A DNA stretch of 64,000 bases, from positions 68,946,001-69,010,000 of the forward strand of contig NC_045697.1 of the NCBI RefSeq assembly GCF_009834535.1, read 5' to 3'. The DNA comes from Camelus ferus (taxonomy: Eukaryota). Below, in pieces: positions 1-14,769 of the stretch. Both the position numbers and the translations under genes were made by a program. The notes under the pieces were generated by a model. That model had not been told where the DNA came from. It did not search any database and saw only the letters and a list, made by a program, of their open reading frames with translations. The number at the start of each line of letters is the position of its first letter. Position 1 is the stretch's first letter.

Positions 1-152
1 ATATATGGTCTCTGTTACATAGTCTTCTTTATTTTATTTTACAAGCATATAAAAAAATGTAAAATCTATTTTTAGCTCAAGTGTCTGTACAAAAAGAAGC
101 ATAGGTCTATAGGCCATGGTTTGGTCCATGGACCACAGTTTGCCAAAACCTA
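1..152. mobile_element. MER58-family (hAT-Charlie) DNA transposon fragment
   Basis: Motifs aaaaatgtaaaa..ttagctc..gtacaaaaa and terminal tttggtccatggaccacagtttgcca resemble recalled MER58 ends. Truncated by the window edge. Confidence 0.65.
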
Positions 153-3100
153 AGGATTGTCTTGTGAAGTATGGTTGTTTAAAGTCCACAGACACTGTGC
201 TATGCAAGCAACCAGTAACTATAAATGGACCACACAGTCATTGACTGGGAAGGAACGCCTCAAGGATGAAGATGGGATAGCCATGCCTTACCAGTGGCTG
301 GAAGGAAACTTCCTCATGAAGGTCAAGTGTACAATGAGCTCCACTGCAACATCATGTAAAGAATCATTACTGACCAAGCGTCTCCTTGACCTGTATATTA
401 AAGTGTTGGCCCTACATCCTTTTTGCAAAGCCCATCTTTGTCAATTCAAAGAGAGGGACAATAAAGGTATGAAGTTCCAAAAAGATTCAAATAACGGATG
501 ATTCTTGTTTGGGTCTTTGCTTAATTCATGGAAGATCCCCCCTTACACACCTTAGGCATGGCTAGGCATGTGGAGGAAGTTCCCTAATCTACCAAAGTTA
601 AAGTTGATTCTATCAAAACTAGAGCACTTAATGGTTGATTTATGTTCATGTTGCCTTATCATTCTTTGGAAAAATTTTTTTTCTGGCACAGAAGTAAAAG
701 AATCATTAGATAAAAGTTTTGGAGGCTATGCAAACTGTTGAGGAGAAGAAGAAAGACAAGACAGGAGGCTTGATAGCAGCATGGAAGTGAAAAGGCTCAG
801 CCGTTACGTATAAATGGGAAACAAATTCACATTAAACCAGTAAAATGGTTTATAAAATTCATGCTTTTACAAAAATTCCAGAGGTGGAAGAGGAGGATAT
901 GACAGAGACCGATCCTCCACCTCCAGTGGCTCTTCTTTTTGGGCAGGCATATAATTTATGATGACGCATTCTTTTTGGAGAGAACTTTCTTATTGACCCT
1001 ATTTCTTTATCTCTTAATGAGAAAGAAATTTAAATGTACTTGAACTTGTCTAGTCAAAGATAGGGTTCACTGGCCTTAGCCTTTTGTACTAAAATTAAAA
1101 TAGCTTATTTCTTTTATTTTAAAAATCATGTACACATGAATTCTCACACCTCCTTCTTCCTGGCCCCAAGAGAGTGCTAATCACTTTTAACATTTTGATA
1201 AAAATCCTTTAACACCTCTATCTAAGCATATACTATAGTTTTAAATGGGTTTTTCTATTTTGCTAATGGCTTTTTAGAACTCAGTAATATGCTCCTGGCA
1301 TCTAGAATTCAACTTTAATAAACACAGATCTACATAAATGGTGAAAAAAAATAAGAAAGGTCAACAAAATACACCTAATATAGTTATAGGAGAATTAACA
1401 GAGACAGATATTTGGTAATTAGAAAGGATTAAATAAGATCATATATTTAAAATAGCTAACACAGTGGCTATTACTTAGCAGACACCGAACTGATGGACCC
1501 ATTCTGGAGAAGAATCTTTATATGTTGATACAGCCATAAAAAGCTATCACCTATTAAAAGAGAGCTAGTAAATTCAGTGACCAAATCCATTCTTTCCCTC
1601 CCTAACATCACTGAGGGAGGGTGACACAGTCCTATTCTCAGAAAGAATAGTCCAAGTTTACTTTAGCTTTCAGGGTTGAGGCAAAACACCAGGACTGATG
1701 AAACATCAGAGAACAGTAGTTCTCAAAGTCTAGTTAGTTGGTGAGTTTCTCTGACAGTTTCCTAAGCTAGACAAAAGATCTGAGGCTCACTTACACCAAA
1801 CATTCCCCATTTCTTATAACAAATTGATTAACAAAAATTTGGGAAAAAAATAAAGTGGTATAAAAATGCAGGTACGTTAGTAAAATTTAAAAAATTTATT
1901 CTGTGTTAACCTGCAAAATAGTATCAGAATAGCTGCCCAAAATGTCACTGATTTTGGCCAACTGAGAACATGCAACTGGAGATTAGTTCTTAACACTTTA
2001 TGAGAATTTTTCTGCTGGTAATCGCATTCTAAGAATCTCTTGCTTAGAATGTAGGTACACAGCATCCCATATCCTCTAATATTCTGGTTTCTAGATACAT
2101 CTAGCAGGGACCTGACTGTACAAAAGCCATTAACTATACCTATATAGCAACTTTAAGAATCAATCCCTAAGATACTTACAGAAGCAAATAATACAAAATC
2201 TAAATTGGAGTAATGTTAATACAGGTTCTTTCACTTCAGGATTTTATTAGATACCTATGTCATAATGTATTTTCTCATCCCATTTCCTTCTGTACAGAAG
2301 GAAAGTTTAGACAACCAATAATTTTATCTTTGTCCATCACTTGAACTTTATGAATTGTCTTGAGACAAAATCATGGAAGCACTGACTGATTTCTTTTTGA
2401 AACATTTTGTGATAAATACATTAATTCCCCTGAAAGCTAAGGATATATCAATCTTATGTATATATCTTATTTTACAAAGTAAGCAAGGATAGTTATATAT
2501 CCAATTTTTCAGATTTTTTAATCTGAAAATTCATTTGGTGAATGATGTGCATGAACTACTGATGACTCTCATCAGTCATGAATGTTGTAGCAGTTCCATT
2601 TTTAAGCTTTGATCATGATTGTGCACATTCCTTTTTGTGAATTACAATTTCTCTAAATTATTTAGATAGCCAATTTCAGATACAATGTATTATCTGCTTC
2701 TTGAGTTTATCCTGAAGCCTCTAACTGGTAGCTAAATCCTTTCTCTGATCTCTTTCCTTATAAAAAACTAAGATTTATGATACAGAGGGGGAAAAAATCA
2801 GTTTCAGAACATAATTTTTTACGATAAAAATAACTTAGGTTTTCTCCTATTTTTACTTTTCACCATTCCTCATGATCATCATGTTCTCATCAGTTTCATG
2901 TATAACAGCAGGTTTTTAGCAAGAAATCAAATCAAAATGCATAACCTCATTCAAGAGGCTACAAAAAGCACAGGTGTTACTGACGTGTTTAATTTTGCAC
3001 TTTCAGTTTTATGCAGTTTACGCCAAATAACCAAAAAATGAGGAAAGTCAAAAGGAGTACCCTGAAGTCATTACAAATATGAAAAAAATAACCTTTGCAT

Positions 3101-3759
3101 TACTGTAAATTTGGATTATAATTGTGAGCAAAATAAATCTGTATAAGGGTTTTACTTTGTTAAAGATTAGTAAATGTGATTTTTAGTAGATATTTAGAGC
3201 TTAAAATTCTTTGGTAAATCATCTTTATTTTATCTGCTAAAAGTTTTAACTCAGTAATTTTACTAAAAATTTTCACTAATCTTAATAAATTTTACACTCA
3301 TCATAAAATGAAATTCTTATAACTGAGATGCATTTTGGAGCCTATCCAGAAGCTGTAAATTATTGAAAATATTACCAAATCAGTAACTCTGAAAATAATA
3401 AAGATAGTGACACTTTGGTGCATACTATTCAGTGATTTTGTTCTTTTCACAATGTTTCAATAGTTAAAAGTTTAGTCATAAAATCAGGACTTAACAATTC
3501 TAGCAACTAGCACACAGCAGGTAGTTAATAGATTTTTTCCTAATAATTATGCACAAAATATAGTAAAAAAATTTTTGAACCTAGGGCTAGGACAAAGCTA
3601 ACTGGAGTGCTGTTCCTGGGATGAATGTTGGGTAGAGGAATCTGGAACTAAGCGGGATCACAAAAGGTCTGAGAGAGGACTGGACTGTGGAAACCTGAAA
3701 CAGCCAATGGAGAATCCTGGAGCCAAGGCTAAAGCCTGAGAACAGTGCCAAATAAGGGG

Positions 3760-3937
3760 CACAAACACTTACATAATTTTGAGGTACTGTGTAAAATGAA
3801 AATATGGTATTGTTTGTTTAAATATTATTAAGAATTTCAAGGATAACAACAATTGAGCATTAAATCAAGTGTGGGGCCCTTCTGAATATGAGGATCTGTG
3901 CAACTGTCCTGGTTGCACACCCATGAAATGTGCCATG
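3760..3937 (-). mobile_element. MER45A-like (hAT-Tip100) non-autonomous transposon
   Basis: ttattaagaatttcaag..gagcattaaatcaagtgtggggcccttctga..gttgcacacccatgaa is the reverse complement of the recalled MER45A consensus; length about 180 bp fits. Confidence 0.75.
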
Positions 3938-4324
3938 AACACAAAAACATATGGTAACTCTATAAACAGGAGAATGAATAGGGAGGTCAGAAATTAAAAA
4001 TTCCAAAATCAGCTCAGAGTTCATCACACGCAACAGGTCAGGTTAAGTAGTTCAGGACTAAGTCTATGAAGGACAAGAGAGCACGGAGAAGGACAAGCGA
4101 GAGATGAAGGCCTGCTTTTATGATACTAGTTATGCAACAAAGGACCGTCTGCTGTGGCTTTTCCTCATGGAATATCCAACATAATCCAAGCATGCTTTAG
4201 GTGAAAATTTACATGAATGCCCTTACTAACCATACTTCTCTCACCAGGTTATCCAGTAAAATTAGTTTACGTGGCATAAGAAGTCCAGTGTATCTTGTGG
4301 TATATTTCAACTCTCTATCCTTGA

Positions 4325-5150
4325 TCATTCTTTGATTCTTTTAATAAATATTTACCAAGGATCTACCATATGCCAAACATTTTCCTAAGTTTTGCAGATA
4401 AAGTTAACAAAATAAAATGCCTGCCTTCATGGCGCTTAATTTCAAACAAGTACATATATTTATATGTACTTATGTATTTATGCATATATAATGCATAATA
4501 TTATCTATAATGTTGAAAAATGAAAAATGCTACATGAGTGTAGGTGATTAGACTGGGAAGTCAGAGAAGGCCTCTCTGAAGAGGTGATACTAGAGCAGAA
4601 ATTTGAATGAAACGAGCGTTAAAGCCTTTCAACAGCAAAGGTATTCCAGGTAGAAGGAATAATAAATGCAAAATAGCTGAAAACAGGAACCAGCTTGATA
4701 TGCTCAAAGAAACCAAATAAGGGCAGCAAAATACTTAAGAGTAAGCAGGGAGAAATGTGGCAGAAAATGAAGTTTAAAAAGTAGGATGAATCTATATAAT
4801 TAAATACCTTATAGATTATGATTAAATGTACAGGTTTTATTCTTAAGATGGTAAAAACGAGTGGAGGGTTTTGAACAAGAGCAGGAAATGATGTGATTTT
4901 ATTTTAGAAAGACATCTCTTAATGATATGTGTAGAGTAGATTATACAGAGAGATCTATTAAAACTCCTAAGTTTTTTGGATGAAAAATGGTACTATTATA
5001 ATGACTGGCTTGCTGCACTGAATGGGAAAGACAGGTGGAAGAAATCAAAAGTTCTGTTTTAGACATGGGTGATTTGAAATGCCTATCAAATACCTGAGTA
5101 GAGATGTTGAATCCATAGTTTAAAAATATCTAAACTCTGATGTCTGGCTG
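4325..5150 (-). mobile_element. LINE2 3' fragment
   Basis: Typical reverse-strand L2 motifs: aataaatatttac..ctaccatatgcca, gtcagagaaggcctctctgaagaggtga, gttctgttttagacatg..tttgaaatgccta. Confidence 0.75.
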
Positions 5151-5834
5151 GGGAGCACACAAGCCTCAGAACCCGTATTTGTGACTACTCTTATAAAGAA
5201 AGGGTGGGATCACACTCACTCAAGAAATGCCTCTGTGAGTGTGTCAGCAAAGCCAGGCAGGAGTACCAGGTGGCCTTACTTGATCTGTATCATTCTGCTG
5301 CCTTGTTATGATTACCAATCAAAATAAAGAAACCTCACAAAGTAACTTCTACAATGGCTGAGTGTTTTATAAGCCCAAGCCAAGAGGATAAAGTAAAATC
5401 TTGACTATAATGTCAGACTGCCTTGACCTCCTGGTTAACTGATGGTATATTTTTGAAGTATACCACCAAAAATGAAAAAGACATGTTTGATTAAAAGTAT
5501 ATAAAAAGTTACTGTACTATGTTTGGTTTACTAAATACACTCATGTATTTTTCCCTGTTGTAAATTTACCTGTGATCTACAGAATTAAAAGATATGGTGG
5601 GCCCTATAAAACTAATTGGCCAAAAGACTATTCTATTTAATTAGGGTAAGAAAGTGAACATTAATGCCCCAGTGAATAATGCAGATACTGGTGGTCATAA
5701 AATGTGCTGACTGTCCTTTCTCCCTGTGTTAGCCAAAGCACAGGGAGCAGACTACAGGTAAGGGAATAATAAAATCTTTTCCCCTTTGCTAGCTCTATTC
5801 CCTTAATAACCTGAAAAGAGAGTATGTCCATTGG

Positions 5835-5847
5835 GTTGCTAGGCAAC
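5835..5847. promoter_or_regulatory. RFX X-box motif GTTGCTAGGCAAC
   Basis: Palindromic match to the RFX consensus GTTRCY-n-RGYAAC. Motif only; binding not shown. Confidence 0.4.
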
Positions 5848-8289
5848 ATTACTTAAAGTAAAATGCTCCCTGATTGGTAAGATGTAACTACACGTGGAGA
5901 ACTATGAATACCTAATGGAGCACCATGGTTTTATCGTTTGTAGCAGGCATGTCCCTTATGGGCATCCTGGAAGTTATTCCTACGAAGTAGTTAAAAGAGA
6001 TAGTAGTTCCTGTGGGGCATGAGACTTTTAAACCAGGGAGAATATCACACGCTCCTGATAAGTATCAAATCTCCTTGCACCTGAGCTATATAATCCTGTG
6101 TGATTGCTAAAAGGACTCCAATAGAAGAATTCCTGACACTTTCCGCAGACAAGCTGTGGTTTCTGTCCTTTATTCTTCCAAAGAGACCATGCCAAGTATG
6201 GCCTATGATAGTTTTGTGAGTCTGAATGTTTAGTTGAGCCTAAGAAGAGGGTATTCAAAGCCCCAGATATTACCCTGACTGGCCATCAGTCTTCAAGAGC
6301 TGTATAAAGAGCAGTTAGATTTCTACACAAAGGGACTAAAAGAGAATGCTCCAAAACTAGAATAAAACATAAGGCTCTGGATCTCACACAATATGTTTGG
6401 AGAGGCTGTGGAAGGAAATAATAGAGCAGTCGTAGCTAAAGCTAGAGTTGGTCAAGATAATAAAGTAAATAAATAATCTTTATTAGGCCATAGACTAAAG
6501 AACAAGAATAAAACCACAACCCTGATGGGGAAGTCCAAGAAAATCCTAAGGTCTGCTTTATTTCTAACACATCCCATATATTTTTGTATGTTTCGAGGCC
6601 TGACCTAGGTAAGAGTTACCAAATGTCTCAGTATGTCACAGTAAGTATTTGAAGGGGATCACATAGTCCACTATAAGAGCCATGGTACAGGGGAACAGAC
6701 GCTAGCTCCGATTTCCCCCGCTCAGGATCACAAGTGGCTATGTTAGACAGTAAATGCCACCAGCACCAGTCTCAATCTCACCTTAGCTTCACCACTTTGC
6801 TTGCTAGAGGAATATGGCAAAGTGTGGTACCACAAAGTCCCCATAAACAAGAAATTCCAAATGGAAATAACTTTGGAGGACATACAATACAGATCCTTAA
6901 CCTAAAGATGCAGATGACTGACGTGTACACAAAATTCAAATGATAGAAAAACCAAGTCATTTCATATAATACAAGTTTGCTCTGTCAAAACTGCTCCAAA
7001 GTATATTCTTCACTGTTGCCTCCAGACTTCAAGCAATACTTTTTCACAACAAATAACCTGTATCTTATATGGAACACTTCATTTAGTGGGAAACAGTACA
7101 TGTGAAAATTGTATATTTGAGAAGTTAACATTCAGAAATCTTCCTATGAAAAAGTCTCCCCCAATAAAAAAAGTTAAATGTACCTGTTTCTCTTCTGAAT
7201 GAATAAAACAAAAAACAAAAAAAAACCCCTAAGGAACAGAAGTGACAGCATCTTTTTCCATGTATTGAGTAACCAGAATTAAAGTACAACTTTGCTCTTC
7301 CATTATACTGTTAGTCATTATGAAAGTACACACAAACATTTAATTTTGACAATTTAAGCAGACAATTCAAAGAGGGAGAGGGGAACGGCATCTACCTACA
7401 CGTCCTAATAACTTCCCAATAATCTACTTCTCAAGGCAGATCTTTTTAAAGGAAAAATTAAATCATCATTGAGAAATGGGAGTCAGAGGAAAAACATCTA
7501 AAAGGAACCTAACAGTAATTACCATACGTTGCAAGACACAGACACAGAGCAAACCTGAAATAAAAGGATGACATCCATACTTTCCTATTATGCTCTCTTG
7601 CTAAAAATCATGAACTAACAATGTGGGCAACAATCCTTCAACTGGGTGTGTAATACTTTTTGAGGCACCCGGAGCACTACTTCACTCTACCTCTCTCCAC
7701 TCAGCTACGCATCTCTTACCCTGTCCACAGAGAGACATATCTCAAAAAATGTAAGTAGTAGGAATAAGGAAGGTTATATCCTAACATGTAAAGGTCCCTC
7801 AAGTAAAGATGTTTTAAAAGCGCTGCTAAACATAGGTGCTGGAGATTGGCATTTTACATGTATTCTAACCACTTAGATTGTCAATAAAATTCTCTTAAAT
7901 TTTCCTCATTCATGGGTAGAATAAAAAGATGCCATTTTGATTATAAGTGTAATAATTAGAGAAATAATAATTTAAAATTTTTGAAAACCTCAAAGCAATT
8001 ATGAATAGGATTAAAGCCAACAAATGTATATATTTGTCTGAAGAAGACTGACTCCTTCGCCTTACCTACAGTATACACCTATTTGAATCCTTTGAACTTT
8101 CCACAAGTTAACTGATTACGAGCCTAACACTAAAGAGATATGTGCTTCAATATGAAAGAAAAATAAATAAATCTTGCTATTCAGAGAGAGTAGTTCTACA
8201 TCCCCTGCAAACATAGTCTCAAATCTCTGCCACAGGTGCACTTTCTACTGCTGATTTATTAACCATAGAGAGAAAGCTGTCTTTGCCTC

Positions 8290-8540
8290 AAGATCTCCTT
8301 GAAATGATTTTGCCTTGAATTTTATTTTGTAGGAAATGAATGTGGTTACTCACATTTTATTTTCTGTTTTCATTTACCTGATATATCTTTGTCCATCCTC
8401 TTATTTGTAACTATTATATACCTTTGTGTGTGTATGTGCCTCTTGTAAGTAGGATTTTTTATTATAATCCTAAAGTATTTGCCTTACATATGAGTTTAAA
8501 CCATTTATATTTATTGCCATAATAGAATTAATTCTGATTT
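8290..8540 (-). mobile_element. Old L1 fragment
   Basis: ttttgccttgaatt..tttacctgatatatctttgtccatcct..ccatttatatttattg resembles the reverse complement of the L1 ORF2 5' region. Confidence 0.5.
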
Positions 8541-8894
8541 TCATTTGCACTCAATTCAAGTTTGTACCATAGCAAATAATGGCCCTTTTCTCACTTTGAA
8601 TGTGGTCGAAGTTTCCAACCAATGATGGGCTTCAAATTTTCATTCTCAACAGAAATTTTAAAAATTAAATTTCCTGTATGTTGGAATCATTCCATCAGGA
8701 ACAAAGATCTGTAATCCACCCAGCATGCAGAAATGTAACTACTCTCAAGTCCTGCTCCAAGTAATGTCCAGATCAGACACAACGTCATGAAGAGCCACAG
8801 GGTGACTGTGGCTTTTGTAAAGAAACCATCCAAAATCGACTGCTTCCTCTTCAATTCTAACACTGTTACAAACTAATATTCTATCATTTATTAC

Positions 8895-9135
8895 TGTAAC
8901 CCTTCCTTGTAAACTCCACTAAAATAAAGAACTTGACTCCGTTTTCTGATGTTGACTGCTGACAACTTTTAAAGCCTCACCACTTCTTCTTCCCCTTCTG
9001 CCTATATCTGGGCAAGCTGATAAGAAAGTCTGAATGATCCCTCCTTCGGTACTAGCAGGAGTTTCAAACTCTACCAACATGTAGGAACCCCCAACCTGAC
9101 CCCACCTGCTAATCACAACAAAAAACTCAAGTCAA
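8895..9135 (+). mobile_element. ERVL-class LTR fragment (MER54/MER74-like)
   Basis: cttgactccgttttctgatgttgactgctgaca..atctgggcaagctgataagaaag is a recalled signature of this LTR group. Confidence 0.55.
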
Positions 9136-10129
9136 CTAGTTCAAAATAAAGTAGAAAAATCTGATTAAACAAAAAAATTATAAAAGGTGAATTATAAAAG
9201 TTAACTAATAACTCAAAAATTATTTGGACTAGAAAAATTGCCACCAAGTTCTTTAAAAAACCAAAATTAAATTATCCAAGTTATTTTATGAAAGAAATCA
9301 TTCTGATATCATAATCTGACATATTTGTTATCACTACTACAGACTGATCTCACAGGTACAAATCCAAATTAAATATAGGCATCAACTGCATAACATCATT
9401 CCTTCCTAAAAATTAGATGCTCTGTGATAAAATAACAATAATTATAATGTATTATGCATCAACCTAGAAACTCTAACAATTTTTATGTAGTAACTAAAAC
9501 CCTAGAAAATGCCTATATATTTACCAAACTATGTTTAAGATGTAAAATGTTAAAACATAGCTTCCTGATAAACAATTCACATAGCTATTAACAAGCAATT
9601 GCTTTGCATGTTTTAACATTCTCTTATCCTAGCAACATTGAAACCTCTGCTGATAACTTTTGTAGATTCACAAAACACCTACTCTACAGGTGAATCTTAT
9701 ATTCTACCAAAGTTGTATTAAGAATATGCCTAGAGACTTTCCCTGCACATCATTTTGTTAAAATTTTTGTATTGGGTTTAGAGGATTCGCATTTTATGAC
9801 ATCACCATATTCATAAATAAGAGGCAGTCTCTACTGGGAAAACATTCACCAAGAGGATGTTCTGTGAGATAGCTGCATATTTGTAAATTTGATTCAACAG
9901 TATTTTACGAGAATTGCCTACCATCACTCAAAAATTCAAGACGGCTTAATAGAAGAAAATCTCCTAACAGATCTATCATGTCGGTAGGTTTACCATGAGA
10001 TCCTCCACATGGTGACCTCATTAGATAACAAAAAAAGCACTAAACACATTTCCCAAATTGAACAATATTATACAACTAGGAATAAAACGTATTTTAAATG
10101 ATAAAGAATAATCATTTTAAACTAGAAGC

Positions 10130-10440
10130 CAATGCCATCTGAGAGGGGAAAATTAAAGTCACTCCCATTAAAAACAGAACAGGAAGCCAGATATCACTGT
10201 TATCATTTAATATCATCCCATAATTTCTGTCCAAGGCAGCAAAACAACAAACCAAAACAATGCTAACACAGCTAGAAGCCAAATTACCATTTTGATGACA
10301 AGATTATACATGTAGAAGAGCTAAGAGAATTACCTGAAAATCTTAGAATAAAGAAAAAGAGCTTTGTAAGGAATCCAGTTATTAGACAACTATTTTACAT
10401 AAAATCTTTTTTCTATGCCACTTATAACCAGTGAGAAGAT
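10130..10440 (+). mobile_element. Old L1 ORF2 (RT region) fragment
   Basis: Degenerate aaagtcactcccattaaaaacagaac..gatgacaagattatacatgtagaa..ctaagagaat resembles L1 RT sequence. Confidence 0.5.
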
Positions 10441-13119
10441 TTTTTCTTCACTTAAAAAAGTTTCATTTGTGCCAAGAAGGTACAACTCTTATAAACATCA
10501 TTGTTACAAGTGCTTACAAACAATTGTCTGATAACATTACAAAAGAGCTATCACATCCACTCTCTAAAATAACACTTGTCTCAAAGTTAGAAGTTCTAAT
10601 AAAATAATACGGGAAAAAAAAGACTTCTTCCATAATACCCTAGCACTATATTAGCTGTGTGAACAATCTAAATATAAGAACTTAATACATTATAAATAAA
10701 CATCACAAACCAATACAATATTCAAAATGGAATTTTTTGTTTCAATTATCCAGGAGCAGAGATACTATTTTCTCACTATACTTGAATAAGAGACTGTGAG
10801 GCTATTAGGTGCAATAGCCTTCTTTCCACTATTAGGAAAAATCCTACCTATGAACAAAACAAGTACAGAAGAAGAGGTTCTCAGAAGCAAAAGAGAATCC
10901 AGGTCCTGGTGACATCACGGGAGCCTGAAATAGTGCCTAAGCCAGACCTACTCTAAAATATACCAGTAAATTACTTTCCTATTTAAGATAGATTGAATTC
11001 AGTTTACTGTTACCTGATACACCTACCAAGCAAAGTATATACCTTCAAGGAGTACACAGGGTAAGCAAATACATATTTGAATAATTCCACTCAACAATAC
11101 AGATAAATCAGAGACTCACTCACCACCAATCTCTCATTTAAACAAGAAAGAGCTACTTTGCCTAAACAACTACCCCATTATATAGGCTATTTCTGCCATT
11201 TAATCACAAGCCAAAAGAGTTGAAATACAGATGCACTAAGAAGACCACTATCAGTTATGACACTGATTTATACTATTACACTATATGTTTAAGCCATATG
11301 TTTTTATAGCTGCAACTTTATCAAAATGAGTAAATTTGTAAGCATACATATCCAGGTTTTAGTTTGGATATCTATCTAGAGTTCAGTAAGGTACTGCATT
11401 ATAGTGTGTTTCATAAGTAACAAGAGGTTAATGTATCTTTCATTTTATTTAGTGTTTTCTACTGGTTATGCTGACTCAAACATAACTCAACAAATTGATG
11501 CTTCAGAGCCTTTAGCTACTTAGAAGCAAAGCAATATGCATTTGAATATATATATATAATTCATATTATATTTGATATACATATATACATCAAAGTTGAG
11601 GGAAGTTTGTTTCATATACCAAAACTATATTGTTTATAATATAATCAAATATATTATCTGTATTAATATTTAAATAAATTTAGTAGCTAATAATTTTTCA
11701 AAATAAACACTCAATGGAAAATGTGATCCAACCTCTCACAAAAGGCAAATTGAGTATGGATATGCAGTATTCCTTAATGCAAAAGTTATTCATCAAAATT
11801 TAAAGAGAAAGCTACACTTTAATATTTGTTCCATTTGGAAAAGTGCTTATGCCACATTCTTTTACCCATATCTAACAAGAATATATATCTTCATCTGCAG
11901 GAATACTGATGAAAACAGCAGAAATGGCAGCAAATGTATCCCCTTTCTAGTAGACCACCTCTAATGCCACCATTCATGAGTCAGGAAGATATAATATCCA
12001 TAAATCAACTTCACTATTAAGTGAAAAGCATGTACTCAAATTTCCTAATTCAGTCACTACCTGTAACTGTACAAGTGACTGCTTTGTTTATTCACAAGCT
12101 TCTTTTTTCTGACTATCAATATCAGTTATTGTCCTTTTTATTAAATGTATAATATGTATTCAGAAACATGAAGAAATCTCATTCTTTTTTTGAGTTTAGC
12201 ATTTATGGATGTCAGAAGGCTCAAAATTCAAACATGGCCTCATCAATCACAGCAACACACTGAGGAAATGTTTCCTTCTCACCTGTTCTTTTTAGGAATC
12301 TAAACAATCAATCTAGTTCATCAAGCCAAACATTCTCATCATATAAAAACACTTATACAATAGAAGATTAAAACTGCTTATAAGGTTATTATATAGAGAA
12401 ATGTGGGCTTTTAGAAGGCAATCTGGAACTGTATCTCAGACAAGTGCTTTTTGAATTCCACAAAGAAAACACTAAAAAAAAAAAATCACTGGGACCTGAA
12501 ATAAACTTAAAGAATTATTACTGATCTAATTCCTATAATCAGTTATACAGAAAATTTCAATCCAATGAACCAACACAGTAATTTAGCAGTTAAAAATAAT
12601 TAAATGATTTAACCTTTTGATTAAGCTTATTATACATCTGAAAACCAGAGAGCCTGTAAGTTAATGTCTTGTCTTTCAAGCAAAAATATCAAAAAGATTC
12701 AGCTGCTTCATGAAGTTTCTGGAGCAGGAAAGGAGAGCAATATCTATATATAAAATACATTCAACATCTTATTTCATATCCTGAAAGCACCCTGTTTCCA
12801 GATAATCTATATTTGTACTATAGTACTTAGGTATAAAGTTAAAAGAAATATATTTTTGAAAGGTTTTCAACAATGAGCACTGAACCCAGAGAAGTTTCCT
12901 GATAAACCTGGACGTTTCAACTTACTTTTTGTGATTAAAGCCTTGCAAATATTATTCTTTATTAGGTATTATGAAAAAGAATCCTTCTGCTCCTAAGCCT
13001 ATATTTTTTCTATCAACATCCAAAATCCTATGTGCCATTTATGACTGAAGTTAAAATAAAACAAAAGCAGTTTAAAATTTTTCACTTCTCTGATAAAAGT
13101 TTTCCTGGTGGTATGCATA

Positions 13120-14769
<1,650 letters not shown>

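Noticed and set aside
157..501. 114-aa ORF in non-repeat-looking sequence (possible retrocopy)
   Set aside because: Non-ATG start, no protein I recognise in the frames I translated, and no poly(A)/TSD or splice structure. A BLASTX search would settle it.
2506..2529. 10-bp perfect inverted repeat (and an imperfect one near 881-925)
   Set aside because: Short hairpins of this kind are expected by chance; no miRNA- or MITE-like structure.
10885..10915. ccaggtcctgg (PGPG-like on the minus strand) as the next STPG2 exon
   Set aside because: No matching flanking peptide or splice sites; context resembles an old MLT1 LTR fragment. The expected GVPGPGKY-type exon was not found in the window.
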